Positions 51,401 to 62,471 of a stretch of DNA of 64,000 bases are shown in pieces; within the stretch, counting starts at the first letter, position 1, and the number at the start of each line of letters is the position of its first letter. The translations under genes were made by a program, and so were the position numbers. The stretch is taken from positions 890 to 64,889 of the forward strand of contig CAKPSO010000005.1 in NCBI GenBank assembly GCA_934183185.1, in the 5' to 3' direction. The notes under the pieces are model-generated. The model had not been told where the DNA came from, searched no databases, and saw nothing but the letters and a program-made list of their open reading frames with translations. The stretch is from an uncultured Bacilli bacterium. Lineage in GTDB: Bacteria > Bacillota_I > Bacilli_A > RF39 > UBA660.

Positions 51401-53215
51401 TCATCTCTTGGTGGTGTAATAGGTGCTGGATTTGATCCTATATATTTAATAGCTCAGAGATTAGTTAAGCATTCTAATGATGAAGGATATTTAGTTGGAT
51501 CACGTGGTTCAGTTGGTTCTAGTTTTGTTGCTACCATGATGGGAATAACTGAGGTTAATCCATTATCTGCTCATTATCGTTGTAGTAAGTGTAAACTTAG
51601 TATTTTTGAAGATGAAAATGGGAATCCATTAGGAGCTACTTATTCATCAGGATTTGATTTACCTGATAAAGAATGCCCTAACTGTCATATTCCATTAATA
51701 AAAGATGGACAGGATATGCCGTTTGCTACATTCTTAGGATTTAATGCTGACAAAGTTCCTGATATTGACTTAAACTTTTCTGATTTAAACCAGGCTAGTA
51801 CTCATGCTTATACTAAGGTACTATTTGGTAGTGACAATGTTTTTCGTGCTGGTACTATTGGTACAGTAGCTGATAAAACAGCTTTTGGATTCGTTAGAGG
51901 ATATCTTGAAGAACATGGTATCGTTAATATGCGAAGTGCTGAAATAGAAAGATTAGCTATTGGATGTACGGGTGTTAAAAGAACTACTGGTCAACATCCA
52001 GGTGGAATAGTAGTTATTCCTGATTATATGGAATGTTTTGACTTTACACCATTTCAATTTCCAGCAGAAGATCCAACTTCACCATGGCGTACTACTCACT
52101 TTGATTATCACTCAATAGAAGAATGTGTTTTAAAACTAGATATATTAGGACATTCTGATCCAACTCAGTTACGTTTAATTCAACTTCAATCTGGTACTGA
52201 TATAATGAAAGTACCACTTGATGATAAAGAAACCATGAGTATTTTTACATCTACTAAGGCTTTAGGAGTTACTAAAGAAGAAATTATGTGTAATACTGGT
52301 ACTTTAGGTATTCCAGAGTTTGGGACACCATTTACTATTCAGTTAGTAGAAGATACTAAACCTACTACTTTTGCTGAACTTATTAAAATATCTGGTTTAT
52401 CACATGGTACTGATGTATGGTTGGGTAATGCTAAGGATTTATGTACTCCAGATGAGAATGGTAATATTCAAGTACCATTTAAAGAGACTATTGGCTGTCG
52501 TGATGATATTATGGTTTATCTAATGTATAATGGCGTTAAGCCAATTAAAGCCTTTAAAATAATGGAGTTTGTTCGTAAAGGTAAAGCTAGTAAAGATCCT
52601 GAAACTTGGAAGAGCCATGTTGAAACTATGCGTGAAGCTAAAATTCCGGAGTGGTTTATTGAGTCTTGTCGTAAAATTAAGTATATGTTCCCTAAGGCTC
52701 ATGCTGCAGCATACGTTATTAGTGCCTTTAGAATAGCTTGGTATAAAGTACATATGCCAGTATACTTTTATGCATCCTGGTTTTCATCTAAGGCAACTGA
52801 TGTTGATGTTGAAGCTATGATTGGTGGATATACGCCAATAAAGAATAGAATTGTGGATATTCAAAATAAAGGATATGAAGCAACAAATAAGGAAAATGGC
52901 CAACTTGAAAGTTTAAAACTAGCACTTGAAGCAACAGCTAGAGGTATGAAATTCTTAAACGTTGATTTATATAATAGTGAAGCAACAGTTTGGAAAGCAG
53001 TTAGTGATACAGAAATTTATCCACCATTTAACTCTATTGAAGGATTAGGAGATACAGTTGCTCAAAATATAGTTAATGAAAGACAAAATAAAGAATTTTT
53101 AAGTATAGAGGACTTACAAAAAAGAGCTAAAATATCTCAAACATTAATTGATAAAATGAGAATAATGGGTATTTTAAAAGATTTACCTGAATCAAGTCAA
53201 ATGACTTTGTTTTAA
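48428..53215 (+). CDS. polC: DNA polymerase III PolC type
   Basis: OB domain, split PHP domain, DEDD exonuclease (VVFDTETTGF), Zn motif CSKC...CPNC, polymerase core. Confidence 0.95.
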   Translation: MNEDKIKILFKQLNLSQEEQDKYKDLSLDKVKVNEKLGSWTFVLKANSILPLTDYVFLSEGCRKAFQDIKIVNICILPINKTNDYFNDYYSYALNNCKDILVFAPIFKDSLIEVDDSYYIETTNIEEDKQVNSLLSKLNWLLSLYGFDVEVKTKLNEEKEKSVRKEIELELAQTKVNVQPVINKSESTTTFQPKTDGAQKQYRRSKKEDDPSVIIGRKITDTPIQMKSIIGEADNVTVEGYVFGIDFFESSKTDFKIITLKVTDYSDSIYCKVFARGDEEYQNIKKDLKEGKWFLIKGYIKNDQYSKELVLNARDINIVKKESKKIEDNALVKRVELHAHTMMSQMDGITKLDLGKHTCELVERTIQMGYRGVAITDHNGCQAFPISFGIIKGHNKSIRKKIKENIEALKEEIDNETDSSKKEELESKLNDEIEKSKNPPIFKGLYGTELTLVDDTVNIVVRPTDDDMIHNTYVVFDTETTGFNAGGADQMIEIGAVKIKDGEIIDRFDQLIDPKRHIPDKITELTCITDDMVRGKKSEEEVTKMFLEWTGNLPMVAHNAKFDISFIEMAMYKYNLGEFKNTVIDTLELSRALDQGYSRHSLSALVKRYDVPWEEDAHHRADYDAEGTAFVFSKMLKKLEMQKYEKISDLDNLISKDEMYKFGRTYHFNAIAINKKGLKNLFKIISLANTIYLYKTPRILRSKLNELRDGLLIGSGCYESEVFTEARSKEGEELTNIINFYDYVEVQPPEVYDHLIQLNDFKDGNELKTHIKKIISAVKEAGKIIVATGDVHHFEREDKIYREIIVNQKVPGGGRHPLAKKDITSIPSQHFRTTDEMLNDFSFLDSDLAYEIVVTNTNKVLDMVDEIEVIPDTGGTPFSPRVKSDDEKSYLDCPRVVTDLVYTKAKNWYGEPLPYSIEERLGTELYGDIVLTSIKHDLADLDKEELTKESFKRLHEIILKGRDSVFDQVRNYLKNTSEEKLDEAGLEKKLKSSLGGVIGAGFDPIYLIAQRLVKHSNDEGYLVGSRGSVGSSFVATMMGITEVNPLSAHYRCSKCKLSIFEDENGNPLGATYSSGFDLPDKECPNCHIPLIKDGQDMPFATFLGFNADKVPDIDLNFSDLNQASTHAYTKVLFGSDNVFRAGTIGTVADKTAFGFVRGYLEEHGIVNMRSAEIERLAIGCTGVKRTTGQHPGGIVVIPDYMECFDFTPFQFPAEDPTSPWRTTHFDYHSIEECVLKLDILGHSDPTQLRLIQLQSGTDIMKVPLDDKETMSIFTSTKALGVTKEEIMCNTGTLGIPEFGTPFTIQLVEDTKPTTFAELIKISGLSHGTDVWLGNAKDLCTPDENGNIQVPFKETIGCRDDIMVYLMYNGVKPIKAFKIMEFVRKGKASKDPETWKSHVETMREAKIPEWFIESCRKIKYMFPKAHAAAYVISAFRIAWYKVHMPVYFYASWFSSKATDVDVEAMIGGYTPIKNRIVDIQNKGYEATNKENGQLESLKLALEATARGMKFLNVDLYNSEATVWKAVSDTEIYPPFNSIEGLGDTVAQNIVNERQNKEFLSIEDLQKRAKISQTLIDKMRIMGILKDLPESSQMTLF

Positions 53216-53386
53216 GTATTAATATATTATACTTTCAAATAATATCAGGTAGTTATCTTAATGAAGATTTAAAATATTTTAATATTTAGTAATTTAGTTA
53301 ATCTAGTTAATATTTTAATACATAATATATGGTGTATTATATAATTATTTAGATTAACTTTTATATTTGTTTGGAGTGTGATATTT

Positions 53387-54133
53387 ATGAAAAATCCAAT
53401 TGGTATACTTGATTCTGGTATTGGGGGAGTAACTGTATTAAATGAAATTATTATGCTACTTCCTAATGAAGAATACATATATTGTAGTGATTCATTAAAT
53501 AACCCTTATGGTGAAAAGAGTGTAGAACAGGTATTTAATTATGTAGATAATATTATGAAATATTTTATAAGTAAAAAGTGTAAAGCTGTTGTGTTTGCCT
53601 GTAATACGGCTACTGCTTTAACTATAGATAAAATAAGAGAAAAGTATCCAGATATTATTATAGTTGGAATAGAACCGGCTTATAAGATGGTTTATGATTA
53701 TGCTAAAGATAAAAATACTATAGTAATGGCTACTAAGGGTACTACTAATAGTAAGCGTTTTCAAGAATTATATCATCATTATGATAATGGAAAAACTATA
53801 TTGGTAATCTGTCATGAATTAGCTAATTTAATAGAAGAAGGAAAAGATAGAGAAATTGATGAATACTTGATTAAAACTCTTCCTACCAATAAAAAAATAG
53901 AAGCTGTTGTTTTAGGGTGTACTCATTATCCATTGATAAAGGATAAAATAATTAAAGTATTAGGAAATGTTAGTTTCTATGATGGGGCAAACGGTGTAGC
54001 TAATAGACTTTATCATTTATTAGAAGATAATAATTTAATTAATAATAATAGTAATGGTAAAATTACTTTTATTGATTCTAGTAGTAGTATAAAAAAAGAA
54101 AATAGATTCTGGGATTTACTTAGTAAGAATTAG
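53387..54133 (+). CDS. murI: glutamate racemase
   Basis: IGILDSGIGG, ACNTA, GCTHYP. Confidence 0.92.
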   Translation: MKNPIGILDSGIGGVTVLNEIIMLLPNEEYIYCSDSLNNPYGEKSVEQVFNYVDNIMKYFISKKCKAVVFACNTATALTIDKIREKYPDIIIVGIEPAYKMVYDYAKDKNTIVMATKGTTNSKRFQELYHHYDNGKTILVICHELANLIEEGKDREIDEYLIKTLPTNKKIEAVVLGCTHYPLIKDKIIKVLGNVSFYDGANGVANRLYHLLEDNNLINNNSNGKITFIDSSSSIKKENRFWDLLSKN

Positions 54134-54222
54134 AAACTTATATATTTACTGTTTTTTACATAGTATATTCTATTTATTTTGTACTTTAGGGTATTTAGTG
54201 ATATACTTTAAATGGTGATAAA

Positions 54223-54939
54223 ATGGTTACTTCTATTAGAAATAAGAACTTAAATTACATACAATATGGTAGTGGAGAAGACATTGTGTTATTACATGGC
54301 TGGGGACAAAATATAGAAATGATGAAGCCTCTTGGTGATTGCTTTCCTGATAAGAGAATAACGATACTTGATTTTCCTGGCTTTGGAGAAAGCGAAGAAC
54401 CAGAATGCGCATATACTATTTATGATTATGTAGAAACACTAGAAGAATTATTAAAGAGATTAAATATTACTAATCCTATTATAATGGGACATTCTTTTGG
54501 TGGTAGAGTAGCTATATGTTATGCATCTAGAAACCAGGTAAAAAAATTAGTTTTATTTGGTTCTCCATGTATTAGGAATAATAAAAAATCACTTAAAGAA
54601 AGTATTCTTAAAAGTATTAAAAAACTACCAGGTATGAATAAAATAGGAGAATTTGCTAAAAATTATATTGGTTCACCAGATTATAAGAATGCTACTCCTG
54701 TTATGCGGGAAACATTAGTAAAAATAATTAATGAAGATTTATCAGAATGTGCTAAGAAAATTACGTGTCCTACATTATTAATATGGGGTACTAATGATGA
54801 ACAGGCACCAGTAGAAGATGCTAGAAAGTTAGAAAAATTACTTCAAGATGGGGCTTTAATTGAATTAGAAGGATTAACTCATTACGCATATTTAGAGGCA
54901 TTACCACATATAAGTAATATTCTTCATAATTTTATTTAG
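54223..54939 (+). CDS. alpha/beta-fold hydrolase
   Basis: LLHGWGQN oxyanion region. Nucleophile elbow GHSFGG. Confidence 0.75.
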   Translation: MVTSIRNKNLNYIQYGSGEDIVLLHGWGQNIEMMKPLGDCFPDKRITILDFPGFGESEEPECAYTIYDYVETLEELLKRLNITNPIIMGHSFGGRVAICYASRNQVKKLVLFGSPCIRNNKKSLKESILKSIKKLPGMNKIGEFAKNYIGSPDYKNATPVMRETLVKIINEDLSECAKKITCPTLLIWGTNDEQAPVEDARKLEKLLQDGALIELEGLTHYAYLEALPHISNILHNFI

Positions 54940-54953
54940 GGGAGGAGATAAAT

Positions 54954-56546
54954 ATGAACTTTTATGTATTATGTTTTCTTATAATATTAGTATTTAATAT
55001 TATTAAGAATAAAAAATCTCTACATATGTTACAGCAGAATTTGTATAATGAAAATAATCGTTATCTTAAATGGCTAAAAAATAATACTAAGAATGTATTT
55101 GTATCATTAGATTTTATAGCTATGATATTAATTATATTAGCCGTTACTTTAAATAAAGGAAAGATAGTATTACTAATACTTGCTATGATTCTTTATGTAG
55201 CTGAAGCTTTACGTTTAATAAGTAACTATAATAATGAAAAGGTAAAAAAACCATTAGTTATAACGAAAAGAATAAAAAGATTGATTATAACTATCAGTAT
55301 ATTATTTTTAATACCAGTATTAATATATGTAATAAATTATGACTATGAATTAGAATTAATTCTAGTATCTAGTGTTATGACTTATTTAAGTTATATTATA
55401 GTATGGATGGCTAAAGTTATTAATACTCCTGTTGAGAGATTTGTATATCATTATTATGAGGCTAAGGCTAAGAATAAATTAAAAAGTATGAGTAATCTAA
55501 AAGTAATAGGAATAACAGGTAGTTATGGTAAAACTAGTAGTAAGAATATATTGAGTGATATTTTAAATATTAAATATGTATGTAGACCTACTCCTAAAAA
55601 TCTTAATACTGAGTATGGTTTAATGATTACTATTAATAATTATTTAGATAAATTTGATGATATATTTATTGCAGAAATGGGTGCTTATAAAAGAGGAGAA
55701 ATTAAAACACTATGTGATATGGTTCATCCAAAGTATGGGATTTTAACTACTATTGGACTTGCACACTTAGAGTCATTTGGTAGTCCTGAGAATATTATTA
55801 AAACTAAGTTTGAACTAATAGAAAGTTTAAAAGAGGATGGAGTAGCAGTACTTAATGGCGATGATCCTAAACAAATATCTTATCCTGTTAAAAGTAAATG
55901 CAAAAAGATTTGGATAGGTATTAATAATAAAGATGTGGATTTATACGCTACTGATATTAATTATAGTTATAAAGGTAGTACCTTTAATGTAGTATTTAAG
56001 AAAGATCCTAATAAGTATTCTTTTGAAACTAAATTATTAGGTACACATAATATATATAACATTTTAGCTGGGATAGCTTTAGGTAAAGAGTTTGGCATGA
56101 GTATGGATGAACTAGAAAGAGGAGTTCGAAAGGTTAAGCCAATTGAAAGTAGGCTAGAGTTAAGAAATTATGGTTATATGTATCAAATAAATGATGCTTA
56201 CAATTCTAATCCAGTAGGAGCTAAGATGGCTTTGGAAGTACTTGATTTAATGCCAGGTACTAAGGTAGTAGTTACTCCGGGTATGACTGAATTGGGTGAA
56301 AAAGAAGCAGAATTAAATAATATTTTTGGTAGTCAAATAAGTAAAGTTGCGGATTACGTTATATTAGTTGGTGAAAAGAGAACTAAACCAATTTTTAAGG
56401 GAATTATGGAAAGTGGTTTTGATAAAGATAAAATATATGTCGTAAATAGTGTTTATGATGCATATACATTATTACAGAAAATGGAAAGTGATAAGGAAAT
56501 ATATGCATTGTTTGAAAATGACTTGCCGGATATTTATAATGAGTAG
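54954..56546 (+). CDS. murF: MurF-like UDP-MurNAc-tripeptide--D-Ala-D-Ala ligase with N-terminal polytopic membrane extension
   Basis: GITGSYGKTSSK P-loop. NDAYNSNP. Followed by ddl. The first roughly 160 aa are hydrophobic helices. Confidence 0.75.
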   Translation: MNFYVLCFLIILVFNIIKNKKSLHMLQQNLYNENNRYLKWLKNNTKNVFVSLDFIAMILIILAVTLNKGKIVLLILAMILYVAEALRLISNYNNEKVKKPLVITKRIKRLIITISILFLIPVLIYVINYDYELELILVSSVMTYLSYIIVWMAKVINTPVERFVYHYYEAKAKNKLKSMSNLKVIGITGSYGKTSSKNILSDILNIKYVCRPTPKNLNTEYGLMITINNYLDKFDDIFIAEMGAYKRGEIKTLCDMVHPKYGILTTIGLAHLESFGSPENIIKTKFELIESLKEDGVAVLNGDDPKQISYPVKSKCKKIWIGINNKDVDLYATDINYSYKGSTFNVVFKKDPNKYSFETKLLGTHNIYNILAGIALGKEFGMSMDELERGVRKVKPIESRLELRNYGYMYQINDAYNSNPVGAKMALEVLDLMPGTKVVVTPGMTELGEKEAELNNIFGSQISKVADYVILVGEKRTKPIFKGIMESGFDKDKIYVVNSVYDAYTLLQKMESDKEIYALFENDLPDIYNE

Positions 56547-56558
56547 GAGGAATTTAAA

Positions 56559-57779
56559 ATGAAAATTAGATTAGGCGTTATATTTGGTGGAGAGAGTGTT
56601 GAACATGAGGTTAGTATTATCTCAGCAGTTCAAGCTATGTATAAAATGGATAATGAGAAATATGAAGTTATTCCAATTTATATTACTAAAAATAGAGAAT
56701 GGTATACAGGTGAAGCTTTAAAAGATATTGAGACTTATCAGGATCTTGATTTATTAAAGAGATACTCTACTAATGTAGTTTTATATGCTAAAGGAGATAG
56801 ATTTATTCTTCAAAGTAAGAATGGTCTATTTAAGAAAACAGTAAAAGAGTTAGATATGGTATTTCCAATAGTACATGGTACTAATGTAGAAGATGGTGTG
56901 TTACAAGGATATTTACAATCTATTGGTATTCCTTTTGTTGGTGGGGATGTGTATGCATCAGTTGTAGGGCAAGATAAGATATTCATGAAACAGATCTTTA
57001 CTTGTGAAAACTTACCTATAAGTGATTATGTATGGTTCTATGATACTGAGTATCAAGAAGATGATATGAAAATTATTGAAAAAGTAGAAAAATTGGGATA
57101 TCCTGTAATTATTAAACCATGTACTTTAGGAAGTAGTGTTGGAATAACTGTAGCAAGTAATAGAGATGAGCTAAAAGAAGCTATTGATAATGCAATTAGT
57201 TATGATAATAGAATAGTTGTTGAAAAAGTAGTAGAAAACTTAATGGAATTAAATATAAGTGTTTTAGGTAATTATGAAAATCAACAAGTTAGCGCTATAG
57301 AACAGGTAATGCCAACTAGTAAGTTCTTAACTTATGAAGATAAGTACATTGGAAGTGGTAAGACTAAAGGTAAATCAGGTGTTAAGTTTAAATCATCTAA
57401 GGGAATGGTTTCTGCTAGTCGTGTTGTTCCTGCTAAGATAAATGATGAATTAAAGAGTGAAATAGAGGAAATTGCTGTAAAAGCATTTAAGGCTTTAAAG
57501 AGTGCTGGTGTTGTTCGTATTGACTTTTTGGTGGATACAAAGACTAATAAGGTATATATTAATGAAGTAAATAATATTCCAGGTTCTTTATCATTCTATT
57601 TATGGGAACCTATTGGTAAATCTTATTCTGAATTATTGGATGATTTAATAAATATAGGTATTAAGGATTATAAGAGACGTACTGCTAAAACTCATTCATT
57701 TGAATCTAATATTTTAAAAGGATTTACTGAGTTAGGTGGAGTTAAGGGTATGAAAGGCTCTAAAGGTAAGTTAAGATAA
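56559..57779 (+). CDS. ddl: D-alanine--D-alanine ligase
   Basis: LGVIFGGESVEHEVSIISA. ATP-grasp core. EVNNIPG. Confidence 0.9.
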   Translation: MKIRLGVIFGGESVEHEVSIISAVQAMYKMDNEKYEVIPIYITKNREWYTGEALKDIETYQDLDLLKRYSTNVVLYAKGDRFILQSKNGLFKKTVKELDMVFPIVHGTNVEDGVLQGYLQSIGIPFVGGDVYASVVGQDKIFMKQIFTCENLPISDYVWFYDTEYQEDDMKIIEKVEKLGYPVIIKPCTLGSSVGITVASNRDELKEAIDNAISYDNRIVVEKVVENLMELNISVLGNYENQQVSAIEQVMPTSKFLTYEDKYIGSGKTKGKSGVKFKSSKGMVSASRVVPAKINDELKSEIEEIAVKAFKALKSAGVVRIDFLVDTKTNKVYINEVNNIPGSLSFYLWEPIGKSYSELLDDLINIGIKDYKRRTAKTHSFESNILKGFTELGGVKGMKGSKGKLR

Positions 57780-57879
57780 GTACTGTTATGGTACTTTTTC
57801 TTTTTGCCTAAATTTCAAAAAAAATAAAAAAATTATCAAAATAAACTTTTCATTTGATAAAAATGTGATATAATAGGAA

Positions 57880-58000
57880 CGTACTTGAAAAAATTTATGG
57901 GCTGTTAGCTCAGTTGGTAGAGCAACTGACTCTTAATCAGTGGGTCTAGGGTTCGAATCCCTAACAGCCCACCATATGTATATTAATTTTTTCAAGTACG
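57880..58000. repeat. perfect 16-bp inverted repeat bracketing tRNA-Lys(CTT)
   Basis: CGTACTTGAAAAAATT (57880-57895) and AATTTTTTCAAGTACG (57985-58000). Confidence 0.9.
57899..57974 (+). tRNA. tRNA-Lys (CTT)
   Basis: Acceptor GGGCTGT/ACAGCCC. Loop CTCTTAA. CCA encoded. Confidence 0.88.
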
Positions 58001-58002
58001 AT

Positions 58003-58036
58003 AAAACTAACTATTAATTTATAGTTAGTTTTTTTA
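58003..58036 (+). terminator. intrinsic terminator between the two tRNA genes
   Basis: AAAACTAACTAT / ATAGTTAGTTTT plus a T-run. Confidence 0.7.
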
Positions 58037-58040
58037 TAAA

Positions 58041-58116
58041 GCCGACTTAGCACAGCTGGTAGTGCAACGCACTCGTAACGCGTAGGTCGTAGGTTCGAAT
58101 CCCACAGTCGGCACCA
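58041..58116 (+). tRNA. tRNA-Thr (CGT)
   Basis: Acceptor GCCGACT/AGTCGGC. Loop CTCGTAA. CCA encoded. Confidence 0.88.
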
Positions 58117-58159
58117 TTGAGCAATCTATTCTAACTTTTGTTAGATTTAAACATATAGT

Positions 58160-58187
58160 ATCAACTTCAAGAAGAAGTTGATTTTTT
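58160..58187 (+). terminator. intrinsic terminator after tRNA-Thr
   Basis: ATCAACTTC / GAAGTTGAT plus T5. Confidence 0.7.
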
Positions 58188-58216
58188 GCATTTAAGGAAA
58201 GAAAGGATAGATTTAG

Positions 58217-58492
58217 ATGATTAAATTAAAAACAAAAGAATTACATTTTGATGAAGAACTAAAAAAGAAAATTGAATTTATATGTGATTTTTGTAATACT
58301 AAACCAACAATTATAAATGGTAGTATCAAAAACATAGAACACACAAATTTGAACTATATAGAACCTCATAGAGTTATTATTAAAGGTATTACTTTTTTAG
58401 TTTTTAATTATTCTAAAACTATATATGTTGGAAGTCTTGCAAATTCCCTAGAAATAAAAGATTTGGAAAGCTTTATTAAATCATTAGATTAA
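58217..58492 (+). CDS. hypothetical small protein, paralogue of 36213-36503
   Basis: TNLNYIEPHRVII core. Conserved position. Confidence 0.5.
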   Translation: MIKLKTKELHFDEELKKKIEFICDFCNTKPTIINGSIKNIEHTNLNYIEPHRVIIKGITFLVFNYSKTIYVGSLANSLEIKDLESFIKSLD

Positions 58493-58558
58493 ATGTATTG
58501 AAACTTAATCAACTTCTCTTAAAATGCCTTTAAATAGGCAAAAAATGGTAAATATGTC

Positions 58559-58586
58559 TTGACTTTAAGATTTAAATATCTATAAT
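58559..58586 (+). promoter_or_regulatory. sigmaA-type promoter upstream of the recombinase leader
   Basis: TTGACT, 16-nt spacer, TATAAT. Confidence 0.45.
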
Positions 58587-58725
58587 AAGTAACCAAGAAA
58601 CAAGTTTTATGTTTTTGGGGGTTAATATGAAACGAAGTTTGAATTATATTAATACAACTTATTTAGATTTTAAGAGGTGTCAAAGGCATAAAAATATTTA
58701 ATGTGTCTTTGTCGCCTCTTTTTAG

Positions 58726-60669
<1,944 letters not shown>

Positions 60670-60915
60670 AATTTTTTGCTAACTTTTTTCTAAAAAAAGT
60701 TATAACAATCGTGGTAAGTTTTGTTTGCAAAGCAAATGAAATTAGCGATAGATTGTTAAATAAAATTATGAAAGAATTGCTTACGATAGTTTGCAATTAC
60801 TTGAATAATTTTTATAGATAAAATAATAAGCAGTGCTTACTATTTTATCAGAAGTCTTGTGTAGTTTTATTCCATTACGAAGTTTTGGAATATTACGAAA
60901 TAAGACAGGTGGATT

Positions 60916-60990
60916 CTAAGGTTGCCTAAACCTTAGCCCCCAGATTTTGATACTTGTGTCAAAATCTATAGGGGGTTAGAGATTTTGACA
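60916..60990 (+). promoter_or_regulatory. oriT-like inverted-repeat cluster upstream of mob
   Basis: Hairpin CTAAGGTT/AACCTTAG (60916-60936). 14-bp arm CCCCCAGATTTTGA / TCAAAATCT-ata-GGGGG (60937-60975). GATTTTGA repeated at 60981-60988. Confidence 0.45.
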
Positions 60991-61051
60991 GAGCAAAATT
61001 ACCCTACTATAAATAGTAGGTCTCTGTTCTAAAAAAGGGGGAATATAAAAT

Positions 61052-62404
61052 ATGGATGACAAGGAAGAATTATCTTATTCATTGCATTTAAGTAATGATA
61101 AAAATAAATCTAAAAAAGCAAGAAGAAGTGTAAAAAATACTGAAACTGGAACTACTTCTCTATCTAATAATGCTATTCAAAACCATCAGCAATTATCAAA
61201 AGTTGATAAACACAATTTAAGAAAATATGATGAAGAACAAGAACTAATTTGCACGATTAAAGGTACTCCATCTATTGTTGAAGATACCAAAAATTTGTAT
61301 TTAAAATTGTTTGAAGATGCTAGAATTAAATACAACGAAAAGCAAACTAGAAATGATAGAAAGATAGAAAACTATTTTAATCATATCTCAAATGATAACA
61401 AACGAGATCTTGCTTGTGAGATTATTATTGAACTTGGAGATATGGATTTTTGGTCTGATAAAGATGATAAATTCAAGCATAAAATGGTAGAAGTTTTTAA
61501 AGAACAAATCATAGATTTAGAAGAAGTTGTACCTGATTTTAAAATAGCCAATGCAACCATTCATTTTGATGAATCTAGTCCACATTTACATATTGTTGGA
61601 GTTCCATTTAAGGATGGAATGAAAAATGGTATGGAAAAACAAGTTGGTAAATCTGATGTCTTTAATAAAATAAGCCTAAAAGAAATTCAAGACAAAATGA
61701 GAGTATATTGTATTAATTCGTTCAATAGAATTTATCATTTAAACTACACTCTTAAAGTAAAAGAAGAAGGTAGAAATGTTGATATTAATGTTGCTAATAT
61801 GAATAAATATAAAAAATTTAAACGAGAACAAGAAAAATATAAAAAACAACTTAAAGAATTAAATAATAAAACAAATGAATTACAAAATAAATCTAATGAG
61901 ATTAATGATATTATTGATAATTTAAAACCTACAATAATGAATAAAAACAACTTCACTATTTCTAATGAAGATATAGATAAAATCAAAAGGTATATAGAGC
62001 AAACTAATGACACCACTTCAAATTTAAGAGATGCTAATGATGTAAATATAGTTTTAAAAAAATATGAAGATGATTTAAGAGAACACTCTAACGAAGTTAG
62101 AAATTTAAAAAAGAAAATAAAAATTCGTGATGATAGAATTGAAGAATTAGAATATGACTTGAATGATGCAAACAATACTATTGATGAGTTGGAAGATAAA
62201 GTATCAGAATTACAAAAAATAGTTGATTACTTTAAAGAGTTATGGAAAAAGTTTATAGAATTTTTACAAAACAAATTTTTCTCTAATAATAAGTATGATG
62301 ACTTTATTAACGCTTTATATGATGAAGATATACTAGATGACAATGATATTGAAATTATTCAAAACAGTTCTAAAGACAATGAAAAAGATGACTTTGAAAG
62401 GTAG
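61052..62404 (+). CDS. MobV-family (Pre/Mob) relaxase
   Basis: HxDE..PH.H motif: IHFDESSPHLHIVGVP. Long C-terminal coiled coil. Confidence 0.8.
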   Translation: MDDKEELSYSLHLSNDKNKSKKARRSVKNTETGTTSLSNNAIQNHQQLSKVDKHNLRKYDEEQELICTIKGTPSIVEDTKNLYLKLFEDARIKYNEKQTRNDRKIENYFNHISNDNKRDLACEIIIELGDMDFWSDKDDKFKHKMVEVFKEQIIDLEEVVPDFKIANATIHFDESSPHLHIVGVPFKDGMKNGMEKQVGKSDVFNKISLKEIQDKMRVYCINSFNRIYHLNYTLKVKEEGRNVDINVANMNKYKKFKREQEKYKKQLKELNNKTNELQNKSNEINDIIDNLKPTIMNKNNFTISNEDIDKIKRYIEQTNDTTSNLRDANDVNIVLKKYEDDLREHSNEVRNLKKKIKIRDDRIEELEYDLNDANNTIDELEDKVSELQKIVDYFKELWKKFIEFLQNKFFSNNKYDDFINALYDEDILDDNDIEIIQNSSKDNEKDDFER

Positions 62405-62471
62405 TAAAAAATGCTGATTTATAGTATAATTTTATTTAGAAATTGTTAATTTTCAAAGTTGGAGGTAGTAT

